The position numbers and the translations under genes are program-made. The notes below the pieces were generated by a model that did no database searches, had not been told where the DNA came from, and saw nothing but the letters and a program-made list of their open reading frames with translations. This document shows positions 44,714-54,309 of a stretch of DNA of 64,000 bases, in pieces; the stretch's first letter is position 1; each line of letters opens with the position of its first letter. The stretch is from an uncultured Bacilli bacterium (GTDB lineage: Bacteria; Bacillota_I; Bacilli_A; RF39; UBA660), in contig CAKOUW010000002.1 in NCBI GenBank assembly GCA_934120715.1, positions 78,564 to 142,563 on the forward strand. Reading direction: 5' to 3'.

Positions 44714-45265
44714 ATAATTATAAGAACATATAATGGTGATAACTATAAAAATGTTGCAATACTAGGTTCATTTGGTAAACATTATGATTTAATTGTTGAT
44801 GTATCAAAAAAGTTTATAGAAAGTGGATTTAATGTGTTAGTCCCCAAAATATCAGGAATTAAAGATAAAAATAGTAGTTTTTTAATTTTAATTGGCGATA
44901 ACTCTAATAATCCTAATCAATTAGAATTAGATTATCTTAATAAATGTTTAGAAGCTGATTTGGTATATGTTTGTGACAAGGATGGTTATATTGGTACAAC
45001 GGTAGCATTTGAACTTGGCGTGTTAACTAGCTATGGTCAAGAAATCTATTTTTTAGAAAAGCCCAATGATGATTTATTTACCAGCATGATTCATCTTCAA
45101 GAAAGCACAATATGTAAACCAGAAGATTTAATTAATAAAATTAATTTACATAACGAGATTTGGAGTAGTAGAGAATGGTTTGATAAAGATGAGCGAGATG
45201 ATGAAGTGCCTTTTGCACTTACCAAAAAAAGAAATACTACTATTTATCCAAAAGTAATAAATTAA
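44714..45265 (+). CDS. nucleoside 2-deoxyribosyltransferase-like (NDT/SLOG-fold) protein; start codon unresolved
   Basis: DKDGYIGTTVAFELGVL matches the NDT-family D-x-GT-x-FE-x-G active-site motif, and VAILGSFGKHYD is Rossmann-like. The frame is open from 44672, but the first canonical start is GTG 44834. Only ATA/ATT codons follow the RBS aaaggggga. Confidence 0.45.
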   Translation: MIIRTYNGDNYKNVAILGSFGKHYDLIVDVSKKFIESGFNVLVPKISGIKDKNSSFLILIGDNSNNPNQLELDYLNKCLEADLVYVCDKDGYIGTTVAFELGVLTSYGQEIYFLEKPNDDLFTSMIHLQESTICKPEDLINKINLHNEIWSSREWFDKDERDDEVPFALTKKRNTTIYPKVIN

Positions 45266-45614
45266 TAAGTATAGTTGTAGATTACTACGACACTCGCACC
45301 AGATTGATTGATACTCGAACTTTTAATTTGAGGATAATAAATATTAACTATAAATACCGTCTAGTTTTTTAATTATTTAAGAAAGTAAAGTAATTAATTA
45401 TACGATGATTTTGATTTACAAAATATAGAAAATAGTGTATCGAAAGAAGAAAAGTAAAATAAAAAAACGGTAGCGACTATCGGAATTTAAGCCTATGGAG
45501 AATGATACTCTATCTATGAAGTAGGAATGTTGATCGGCGACGACCAATGCGAATAAAAATTTAAAATTATTTTAATTTTTATTCTTTTGTTATGCAATAA
45601 AAAGCCTCAATGAT

Positions 45615-45659
45615 AATTTTGATGATTATGTCAAAATACCTAGGAGAGTTAAATGTTAT
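45615..45659 (+). repeat. copy B of the repeated element
   Basis: aattttgatgattatgtcaaaatacctaggagagttaaatg, ~80 nt upstream of the HD-gene ATG. Confidence 0.6.
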
Positions 45660-45740
45660 AGCAAAAAGAGAACAAAGAAAAAATAGTATAATTATTTTGG
45701 TGATTGTATGTATTTATATGATAAATTATTAGGCAATAAA

Positions 45741-46374
45741 ATGTTTTTAGACACTGTAAAAAAAAATAGAAAATATTAAGTTTATAACAGACGGTAAATG
45801 GGATTGGGATCATGGACTAGGGCATTACAAACGTGTAGCTGAATATGTAAAAACAATTTTATTACAATTAGGAGCTAACGAAAGAACAGTTGATTTAGGA
45901 ATGACCGCTACGCTTTTGCATGATATTGGTTTATCAAAAGGAGATAAAATCGATCATGCTGTAGAAAGTAGTAAAATATTTATTAATTTTATTGATAAAA
46001 GTGATATTACACATTATGAAGAAGATACTTTAAGGCAGGCTATTCTTGATCACTCTAAAGGAAATAATATTCAATCTTTAATAGGATTGAGTTTGGTCCT
46101 AGCCGACAAATTAGATGTAACCTATCATAGAACCAAAAATTCTAGTATTCAAGATAAAATGAATAAGGAAATTCAAAAGATTCAAAGCGTTGATATAAGT
46201 ATTACTGATAAAAATCTTATAGTACAATATACTACTGATGATAATTTTGATATTAATATTTTAAAAGATTGGCCAAAAGCAATTACTGTTCCATATAGAG
46301 CGTCAAAATATTTAAAGAAAAATTATAGATTTATAGTTAATAATATGCAAATTGATATTTTAAACTATTTGTAA
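45741..46374 (+). pseudogene. HD-domain phosphohydrolase interrupted by a frameshift at an A9 homopolymer (45758-45766)
   Basis: ATG 45741 reads MFLDTVKKN and then hits a stop. The +1 frame continues open as ...KWDWDHGLGHYKRVAEY...TATLLHDIG (H...HD motif) to 46374. With 8 As it would be a single ~210-aa HD protein. Confidence 0.55.
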
Positions 46375-46396
46375 TATAAAGTAGGATGATGATAAT

Positions 46397-47167
46397 TTGA
46401 AAAAAAGAATAGCATTACTAGCCGATATTCATGGTAATTTAGAAGCGTTAGAGTCAATATTGGAAAATATAAAAAAACAGGATATAGATGAAATAATATG
46501 TTTAGGAGATTCAATTGGTATTGGCCCTAATTCAAAGGAATGTATAGATTTATTAATCGATAATAATGTTAAATCCGTTTTAGGTAATTATGAAATATAT
46601 TTATTAAAAGGGACAAATTTCGACTCTTCTATTGTGGGAGAGGAAAAAGAACATTATAAATGGGTTAAAGATTCATTAACTGATAGAGAAATTACTTATA
46701 TAGAAAAGTGCCCGTTTTATTATCAAATAAATATAGAATATGAACATTTAAAATTTAGTAAAAAATATATTTTCTGTCACTATTTGATTAATAGTGAAAA
46801 TAGTATTTATCCCTTTGAAAAGAATCATCTAAAAAGAGACATTAATTTGTGGAAGAAGTATAATAATGATAATATTACTTATTTTATAGGTCATCTTCAT
46901 GAATCTTTTAATGTTAATGAGGTAGATGGTATATCTGGTGATTTTATAGAAGATGATGGAGCCCTAACTAATATTGAAGTTGTTGATAGTGCTGGATGTA
47001 CAAAAGACGAATACACTTCTTACATGATTTTAGAGATTTCAAAGAATATAAGTTATTATAGGAAAAAAATTAAATATGATAGAGGAAAGTTTGTTAATAA
47101 AGTATTGAATATTGAATTTCTGGATAAGCAAAATATACTTAAATATTTTTATGGCATAGAAAAATAA
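46397..47167 (+). CDS. calcineurin-like metallophosphoesterase
   Basis: LADIHGN...CLGDSIG...GNYE...GHLHE motifs. A TTG start follows RBS aagtagga. Confidence 0.75.
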   Translation: MKKRIALLADIHGNLEALESILENIKKQDIDEIICLGDSIGIGPNSKECIDLLIDNNVKSVLGNYEIYLLKGTNFDSSIVGEEKEHYKWVKDSLTDREITYIEKCPFYYQINIEYEHLKFSKKYIFCHYLINSENSIYPFEKNHLKRDINLWKKYNNDNITYFIGHLHESFNVNEVDGISGDFIEDDGALTNIEVVDSAGCTKDEYTSYMILEISKNISYYRKKIKYDRGKFVNKVLNIEFLDKQNILKYFYGIEK

Positions 47168-47330
47168 AAGAATTAAGAAGATAATAAAGCAATGATATTA
47201 ATTTATGTATAATTGCAAAGCTATATAATTCATTTTCTATTGATTGAAATATTATTGTTATCATGGTATAATTTCCGTATAAAGTATGATATGTTAATAG
47301 AATCTATTACAGTAGGGAGAAATTATATTT

Positions 47331-49199
47331 ATGATTGAAAGTTTGGGTTTTCCTATAATTGGTTTGCTTTTTTTAATTTTAGTATCAATCATTTTCTTGA
47401 AGAGAAAGAGGTATAAAACATTTGAAAATGATATTTTTACTGTTTTACTGTTTTTTACTTTGATTATGTCAGTACTTGGAATAGTATGTACTTTAACGAT
47501 GGCTAATCGAGAAAATATTCCAATTTTTAATGAGGTGTTATGTAGAATATATGTGTTTGGGATTATTGCGTGGATGTCATTGATATTAGCGTATTCGTGG
47601 AGTTTAGGGCGTAATTTGAAGTATGAAAAGCTTTCTCAAATATTTAAGGAACGTTATATAAGAGCGTTAGTTATTTTTACTATAGTTACTTATATTGTAT
47701 CTTTATTCTATGATTTAACTTTTACATCAGCATATAATGATTCGGTATATATTATTGGAGGAGAGGGCCAATTTGCTATATATAGCTTTGTTGTAATAAT
47801 GGTTGTTAGTACTTTGTATATATTATTGGTAAAGAAGAAAAATCTTCCTTTAACAAGACGATTACCATTATTTTTCTTTGTATTCTATTTATTATTAGTT
47901 TCTATTCTTCAAATAACTGTTTATAATTTTAATGATGTAACTTATCTTTATTGTTTGTGTGTTATTGCTATATACTTTTCTATAGAAAATCCTGATGTTC
48001 AATTAATAGAACGACTTAAAGAAACAAATAAAAATACGGAGTTAGCTCTTAAGAATAGGACTGATTTTTTATTAGAAATGTCTAATGAAATAAGGACACC
48101 TCTTAATTCAATTGTTGGATTCAGTCAATCAATTATAAATGAGAAAAATATTTCTGAAGAATCTTTTAAAAATGATATTGAATATATTAATGATTCTTCA
48201 AAAGGACTATTAAATACTATAAATAATATTCGAGAATTTTCAACTATGGATGCTATAGATAATGTTGTCAATGTGGAACCATTTTCAATTAGTGATATTG
48301 TTACTGATATAGAACAATATGTAAAATCAAAATTGTATAAAGATGTTCAATTTAATGTTGATATTGATAAAGGACTTCCTAAAGTTTTGATTGGTGATAG
48401 GGGAAAAATTTTAAAGATTTTAATAGGATTAATAGGTAATAGTATAAGGTTTACGCAATCAGGTGAAATTGAATTAAAAATTGCTGGTATTAGTAAACAA
48501 GATCATATTGATATGCATTTTACGGTTAATGATACTGGTGTTGGAATGAGAAAAAATGAGCTTGAATCATTGACTAATTATCTTGGTAAGCATGATGTTG
48601 AGAATGAAATATCTAATAATAGTGTTGGTATTGGACTACTTGTTATAAAGAACTTGGTTAAACTTTTAGATGGTGAGATAACTTTTACTAGTAACTATGG
48701 AATTGGTTCTACTTTTGATGTAATAATAAAATGTAGGATTTGTGAAGATAACAAGATTATAGAAGAAGTTTTAACTAAGAAGGATAATGTTAATTATATT
48801 GATTGCTCAAAATATAGTGTTTTACTAATAGATAATGGCGATATATCTTCACGAGCAAATTATAATCTACTTAAAAAATTTAAATTTAATATTGATACTT
48901 GTAAAAGTGGATTAGAAAGTATTGAGAAAATTAAATCAGGTTCTCATTATGATTTATTAATAATAGGTAATAATAGTTTTGAACTATCTGCTGTTGAAAC
49001 AATTGAAAAGATTAAGAAGTTAAACAATTATAAAATACCTAAAGTTTTAGTTGAAATATCAAATGATATTAAATATCAAAATAAATATTTAGATGATGGA
49101 TTTACTGATTTTTTATTAAATCCAATAGATGAATTAGAACTTATAAAGTTAATAAATAAATATTTTGATGATATTGTGGGTGGTGACAATAATGTTTAA
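47331..49199 (+). CDS. membrane sensor histidine-kinase-like / pseudo-receiver hybrid with H-box His replaced by Asn
   Basis: 6-7 N-terminal TMs. The HisKA-like box LLEMSNEIRTPLNSIVGF has Asn (codon 48084-48086) where the consensus S-H-E-L-RTPL has His. HATPase_c N/G1/G2 boxes are intact. The C-terminal REC-like domain lacks the phospho-Asp (IIGNN). Confidence 0.7.
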   Translation: MIESLGFPIIGLLFLILVSIIFLKRKRYKTFENDIFTVLLFFTLIMSVLGIVCTLTMANRENIPIFNEVLCRIYVFGIIAWMSLILAYSWSLGRNLKYEKLSQIFKERYIRALVIFTIVTYIVSLFYDLTFTSAYNDSVYIIGGEGQFAIYSFVVIMVVSTLYILLVKKKNLPLTRRLPLFFFVFYLLLVSILQITVYNFNDVTYLYCLCVIAIYFSIENPDVQLIERLKETNKNTELALKNRTDFLLEMSNEIRTPLNSIVGFSQSIINEKNISEESFKNDIEYINDSSKGLLNTINNIREFSTMDAIDNVVNVEPFSISDIVTDIEQYVKSKLYKDVQFNVDIDKGLPKVLIGDRGKILKILIGLIGNSIRFTQSGEIELKIAGISKQDHIDMHFTVNDTGVGMRKNELESLTNYLGKHDVENEISNNSVGIGLLVIKNLVKLLDGEITFTSNYGIGSTFDVIIKCRICEDNKIIEEVLTKKDNVNYIDCSKYSVLLIDNGDISSRANYNLLKKFKFNIDTCKSGLESIEKIKSGSHYDLLIIGNNSFELSAVETIEKIKKLNNYKIPKVLVEISNDIKYQNKYLDDGFTDFLLNPIDELELIKLINKYFDDIVGGDNNV

Positions 49200-51012
49200 T
49201 ACAATTATATTTTCAATAAGTAATTTATTGCTGGCAATATTGTTGTTAATCGTTTATATTTTTAAAGTAAAAGAAAAAAATATTAATAATATATTATATA
49301 ATTCATTATTAATTTGCTTGATTGTAATTTTGGTAACTGAAATTGTGTCAGTATATACAATTTATAATAATCAATTATTTCCATTATTGAATGAAGTGAT
49401 ATGTAGAATACGTGGTGTAGGTATAATTATATGGGCTATGTTAATATCCTTATATTTAATATCTTTAAGTACTAATCATAATTATGAAGAATTTAAAAAA
49501 GTGTTACATAAAAATTATTATATATTACCTATATATTTGTTAATTATAGTCTGTTTTTTCTTTTTTAAATATGACTATGTTATATTGAATGATACTGCAT
49601 ATTTAAAGGGATCTGCTAGTATATATATATTTATGTGTATTATTTTAATATCACTGTTCTGTATAATATTTATTCCAGATAGTATTTTTAGTAAGTACAG
49701 TAAAAAAATGATAGCTTTGTTTTTATTATTAGAATTAATAGTAATTTTAATGTTATCTTATACTCTTCCATATGTATATTTTGCTACAACTGTTTTAACA
49801 TTAAATACTTATATCTTGTATTTTGTAACTGAAAATCCTGATTTATATGCAATAAAACAGCTAGAAAAAGCAAATGATATTATAGAAAATCTTAATACTA
49901 GTAAGATGGACTTTTTTAATAACATTACTAATGAAATAAGATCTTCAGTTCAATCAATAGTAAATTTAAGTGATATTTTGTTAGAGAGTCCTTATGATAG
50001 AGAAAAGATTTTACCAGATGTAAATAGTATATTTTATACAGGAAATAATTTAAATGCAATTATTACGAATGTTTTAGATATATCGAAAATTGATTATGAT
50101 TTGGATTGTTTAAATGAAGAAGAATATGATTTAAAAAGTTTAATTTTAGATTTGATGGTTATGTTCGAAGAAATGAATAATAAAAATATTAATTTGAATA
50201 TTATTTGTGATGAAAATGTACCTAGAAGATATATTGGTGATAGAAATAAAATTTATAAAATTTTATTAAATTTATTGGATAATTCAATTAAATATACTTA
50301 TACTGGGAGAGTTTCATTAAAGATAGAATGCTTAGTAAAAGATAAGAATTGTTTATTAAAATTTTGTGTATCTGATACTGGTGTTGGTTTAAAAGAAAAT
50401 GAATATAATAAAGTTTTAAATGAATTGTCTGATTTAGATAAACATACGTATAATGGTAAAGAATATGTTGGACCTGGTCTTATTATTGTAAAAAAGTTTG
50501 TTGATATTATGAATGGAAAAATTACTTTTACAAGTGACTATGGTGCTGGGACAAAATTTTATGTGGAATTGCCACAAAAAATTGTTGATAATACTGTTAT
50601 TGGAACTATAAATATGGAAAATGTGATAGATTATAAAAATTATTCTTCTTTGAAAGTATTAATAGTTGATAATGGCAATTTGGATTTAAAGTTAATGAAA
50701 ACATTTTTAAATCCTTATAAGTTTAGCGTTGATACTTCGTTAAGTGTTAAAGATTTCATTTATAAGATAAAACAAGGTAATAGATATGCTCTTATATTTA
50801 TTGATCAAATGATGTTAAAAGAGGATGATATAGAATTAATAGAAGTATTGGAAAAATTGTCTGATATTTTTGTAATTCCTCCAATAATAGTTTTAACATC
50901 TGATTATTTTATGTTGCAGCATGATAAGAAAAAATTTATATGTGATTCTTTGATGAAGCCAATTAATAATATTAAATTGGATGAAATTATAACTAAGTAT
51001 CTTGATAAATAA
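49192..51012 (+). CDS. paralogous membrane histidine-kinase-like / receiver hybrid, also with H-box His replaced by Asn
   Basis: Same architecture. Its H-box NNITNEIRSSVQSI has Asn at 49930-49932. HATPase_c is intact, and the C-terminal REC retains the conserved D (LIFIDQMM), T/S and KP. ATG 49192 follows ggtggtga and overlaps the upstream stop. Confidence 0.7.
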   Translation: MFNTIIFSISNLLLAILLLIVYIFKVKEKNINNILYNSLLICLIVILVTEIVSVYTIYNNQLFPLLNEVICRIRGVGIIIWAMLISLYLISLSTNHNYEEFKKVLHKNYYILPIYLLIIVCFFFFKYDYVILNDTAYLKGSASIYIFMCIILISLFCIIFIPDSIFSKYSKKMIALFLLLELIVILMLSYTLPYVYFATTVLTLNTYILYFVTENPDLYAIKQLEKANDIIENLNTSKMDFFNNITNEIRSSVQSIVNLSDILLESPYDREKILPDVNSIFYTGNNLNAIITNVLDISKIDYDLDCLNEEEYDLKSLILDLMVMFEEMNNKNINLNIICDENVPRRYIGDRNKIYKILLNLLDNSIKYTYTGRVSLKIECLVKDKNCLLKFCVSDTGVGLKENEYNKVLNELSDLDKHTYNGKEYVGPGLIIVKKFVDIMNGKITFTSDYGAGTKFYVELPQKIVDNTVIGTINMENVIDYKNYSSLKVLIVDNGNLDLKLMKTFLNPYKFSVDTSLSVKDFIYKIKQGNRYALIFIDQMMLKEDDIELIEVLEKLSDIFVIPPIIVLTSDYFMLQHDKKKFICDSLMKPINNIKLDEIITKYLDK

Positions 51013-51106
51013 TGAAATTTTAGAGGGTTATGAGTAATAACCTTTTTAATTTGGATTACTAGTATTTATATAGGCTTTTTTGCATAATATTATCATGGAG
51101 GTATTT

Positions 51107-51712
51107 ATGTATCAGTTGTCTATATTACCATATTCTTTTCAAGAATTAGAACCTTTTATTGATACGCATACTATGGGGCTACATTATCATAAACATGAAA
51201 TGGCATATTTAAATAATTTAAATAATTTGTTAAAGAAGTATAACTATAATTATCGTTATAGTCTTAATGATCTTGTTTATCATATTAATGAATTTAATGA
51301 CGATGATAAGCCTAATATTTTATTTAATCTTGGTGGTGTATTAAATCATGAACTGTATTGGAAGAGTATGAATAAAAATAGTAATTTACCTAAGGGGAAA
51401 TTAAAAAATAAGATAGATAGCCAATATGGTGATTTTAATAATTTTTGGAATGAGTTTAAGAAAATGGCTTTATCTTTAAAGGGCTCCGGTTATACATTTT
51501 TAGTATTAAGAAAAGATGGTAATTTGGAGATAGTTAATTTTTATAATCAGGATATTCCTTTATTGTATGGGTATATTCCATTATTTAATATTGATTTGTG
51601 GGAACATGCATATTATTTAAATTATGAAAATGACAGATCTAAATATATTGATAATTTTAGAGATATTGTTGATTTTACTAATGCTAGTTTTTTATATGAT
51701 AATATGATTTAA
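51107..51712 (+). CDS. sodA: Fe/Mn-family superoxide dismutase (divergent)
   Basis: The four metal ligands are conserved (H in LHYHKH, H in NHELYW, D and H in DLWEHAYY). ATG 51107 follows ggaggt. Confidence 0.8.
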   Translation: MYQLSILPYSFQELEPFIDTHTMGLHYHKHEMAYLNNLNNLLKKYNYNYRYSLNDLVYHINEFNDDDKPNILFNLGGVLNHELYWKSMNKNSNLPKGKLKNKIDSQYGDFNNFWNEFKKMALSLKGSGYTFLVLRKDGNLEIVNFYNQDIPLLYGYIPLFNIDLWEHAYYLNYENDRSKYIDNFRDIVDFTNASFLYDNMI

Positions 51713-51803
51713 TTATATATTTTAATTATTTTATTTGTACTTCACATTTTTGTGGGGTTTTTTAAATGTAAATTATGTTATAATTATATGGAGGTGATTT
51801 TAG

Positions 51804-53036
51804 GTGGATAAAATTTTGATGAATGCATTAAAAAAAGAGAGTAAGAGACAAGAAGAGAATATTGAACTTATTGCTTCAGAAAATTATGTTTCTAAAGATA
51901 TTTTAAAGTTACAGGGAAGTATTCTTACTAATAAATATGCTGAGGGGTATCCTGATAATAGATATTATGGTGGATGCCAATATATAGATATTTTTGAAAA
52001 GAAAGCAATAGAATATGTAACCAAGTTATTTAATTGTAAATTTGCTAATGTTCAACCACATTCTGGTAGTAGTGCTAATATGGCTGTTTATAGAGCTTTA
52101 ATTAATCATGGTGATAAAGTTATGGGAATGAATTTATCACATGGAGGACATTTAACTCATGGACATCCTATTAATTTTAGTGGTCTTGACTATGAGGTTG
52201 TTTCCTACAGTGTTAATGAGAAAACTGGATTAATTGATTACGATGAACTAGAAAAATTGGCTTTGTCTGAAAAGCCTAAAATGATTATAGCTGGATGTAG
52301 TGCTTATTCTAGAATAATAGACTTTAAAAAATTTAGAGAAATAGCTGATAAATGTGGAGCTTATTTAATGGTTGATATGGCCCATATTGCTGGCTTAGTG
52401 GCAGCTGGATTACATCCTAGTCCTTTTCCATATGCTGATGTTGTTACTTCTACTACGCACAAGACTTTGAGAGGCCCTCGTGGTGGAATTATTTTAACTA
52501 ATAGTCCAGAATTAATTAAAAAGATAAATAAGGTGGTTTTTCCTGGTATTCAGGGTGGCCCTTTAATGCATGTTATAGCTGCTAAAGCACAATGTTTTTA
52601 TGAGGCTTTACAGGATGATTTTATTGTTTATCAAAAACAGATTATTAAAAATATGAAAGCTTTATCTGATTGTTTAATGAAAAAAGGTGTGAAAGTAGTA
52701 TCAGATGGTACTGATAATCATTTAATTTTAGTTGATGTTAAGACTTCTTTTGGATTAACTGGTAAGGTTGCTGAAAAAGTATTAGATGATATTAATATTA
52801 CTTGTAATAAAAACACGATTCCATATGATAGTGAATCACCATTTATAACTAGTGGTATTAGAATTGGAAGTGCAGCTATGACGACTAGGGGATTAAAAGA
52901 AGATGAATTTAATTTGATCGGAGAAATTATTTATAAAAGTTTAACTAATATTGATAACTTAAAAATACAAAAAGAATGTAGGGAAGAAGTTCTTGCTTTA
53001 ACTAAAAAATTCCCAATATATAAAAGAGTAAAATAA
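51804..53036 (+). CDS. glyA: serine hydroxymethyltransferase
   Basis: IELIASEN and the PLP-Lys region [17 protein letters not shown] 51804 follows ggaggtga; an alternative ATG lies at 51819. Confidence 0.93.
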   Translation: MDKILMNALKKESKRQEENIELIASENYVSKDILKLQGSILTNKYAEGYPDNRYYGGCQYIDIFEKKAIEYVTKLFNCKFANVQPHSGSSANMAVYRALINHGDKVMGMNLSHGGHLTHGHPINFSGLDYEVVSYSVNEKTGLIDYDELEKLALSEKPKMIIAGCSAYSRIIDFKKFREIADKCGAYLMVDMAHIAGLVAAGLHPSPFPYADVVTSTTHKTLRGPRGGIILTNSPELIKKINKVVFPGIQGGPLMHVIAAKAQCFYEALQDDFIVYQKQIIKNMKALSDCLMKKGVKVVSDGTDNHLILVDVKTSFGLTGKVAEKVLDDINITCNKNTIPYDSESPFITSGIRIGSAAMTTRGLKEDEFNLIGEIIYKSLTNIDNLKIQKECREEVLALTKKFPIYKRVK

Positions 53037-53140
53037 TAATTTTATGTTATTTAAATTATAATAAATGTATCTATAATACTTTTTATAAAACAATAGATGT
53101 TTAATTTTGTATTGAATTTGTTGATAATGAGGTGAACTAT

Positions 53141-53521
53141 ATGAAAGCTTTGACAATTAAACAACCGTGGGCATCATTAATAGTCGATGGCTATAAAAGT
53201 TATGAATTCAGAAGTTGGAAAACAAATTATAGAGGCAAAATATTAATACATGCTGGCAAAAGTTTAGAAAAAGAAGTACTAGAACGCTTTTCGTGTTATA
53301 ACATGGAATATGAATTGGGAGCTATTATAGGTGAAGCTGATTTAGTTGATTGTATATTAGTTGATGAGCAATTTAATAATAAATTAAGAGAAATTAATAG
53401 TGTTGTTTATGCTAGAAGTAATCATGTTGAAACTTATGCTTGGAAATTGGATAATATAAAAAAATATGATAAGCCTATATATGTAAGTGGTAAGTTGGGA
53501 TTATGGAATTATAATTTTTAA
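53141..53521 (+). CDS. ASCH-domain (PUA-like) protein
   Basis: MKALTIKQPWASLIVDGYKSYEFRSW ASCH signature. Confidence 0.65.
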   Translation: MKALTIKQPWASLIVDGYKSYEFRSWKTNYRGKILIHAGKSLEKEVLERFSCYNMEYELGAIIGEADLVDCILVDEQFNNKLREINSVVYARSNHVETYAWKLDNIKKYDKPIYVSGKLGLWNYNF

Positions 53522-53611
53522 TTCAACCTCTAGTTGAGATTATTCAACGTATAATTTATTGATTTTAACTATTACTTTATTGTATTATTTTATTGCTGGA
53601 GGTATTTATAT

Positions 53612-54241
53612 ATGAATAAGAAAAAAATTATGATTATTTTGCTTATAGTTGTTTTTATTTTAATAAGGGTAGTAATTTATATGCATAATAATTCTAGTAA
53701 AAAAGATGATAATTTAAAAAGTGATAGTTATAAATTTGCTGAGGAATATAAGATGACTGATGCGAGTGGCGATAATATTGAAAATGTTTTTACTTATCGT
53801 AGTATGAATCAAATTATTAAAATTTTAGAAAATGGTACTGGAATAATCTATTTGGGATTTCCTGAATGTCCTTGGTGTCAACAATATGTTTATTATCTTA
53901 ATGATGTTGCTAAAAGCAAAGGTTTGAAAAAAATTTATTATAAAAATATTTTAAATGATAGAAAGAATAATACTTCTGAATATCAGAAAGTAGTTTCACT
54001 TTTAAATGACTATTTGCAATATGATGATGAAGGTAATAAAAGGCTTTATGTTCCAGCAGTAATTGCTGTTAAAGATGGTAAGATTGTTGGTTTTGATGAT
54101 GAAACTGCTTGGGATACAAAGGGATATAAAACGCCTGCTGAGTATTGGAAAAATGAAGATTTAGATGCTTTAAAACAAAAATTAGGTAATATGATTGAAG
54201 CTACTAACAAAAATGTATGTACTTCTAATTGTAATAAGTAG
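53612..54241 (+). CDS. membrane-anchored thioredoxin-fold protein (CPWC active site), bacteriocin-transport-accessory-like
   Basis: N-terminal TM, CPWC motif and a C-terminal CTSNC. Confidence 0.55.
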   Translation: MNKKKIMIILLIVVFILIRVVIYMHNNSSKKDDNLKSDSYKFAEEYKMTDASGDNIENVFTYRSMNQIIKILENGTGIIYLGFPECPWCQQYVYYLNDVAKSKGLKKIYYKNILNDRKNNTSEYQKVVSLLNDYLQYDDEGNKRLYVPAVIAVKDGKIVGFDDETAWDTKGYKTPAEYWKNEDLDALKQKLGNMIEATNKNVCTSNCNK

Positions 54242-54309
54242 GTTAATTAAGACGTTCATTTGAATGTCTTTTTTTTTGTTTAAAAATTTTTTTTCTGTTC
54301 AAAATATTT

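Noticed and set aside
45266-45600. A 335-nt non-coding gap between the NDT-like and HD genes, considered as a riboswitch or small RNA.
   Set aside because: I could not recognise any known riboswitch consensus (SAM, TPP, purine, c-di-GMP, ZTP, preQ1, fluoride). There are only very short ORFs and no convincing terminator. The repeated element at its 3' end is reported separately.
49165-49191. ORF-track start (TTG at 49165 or ATG at 49168) for the second HK-like gene.
   Set aside because: No RBS precedes it. ATG 49192 is preceded by ggtggtga at ideal spacing and overlaps the upstream stop, as in translational coupling, so it is preferred.
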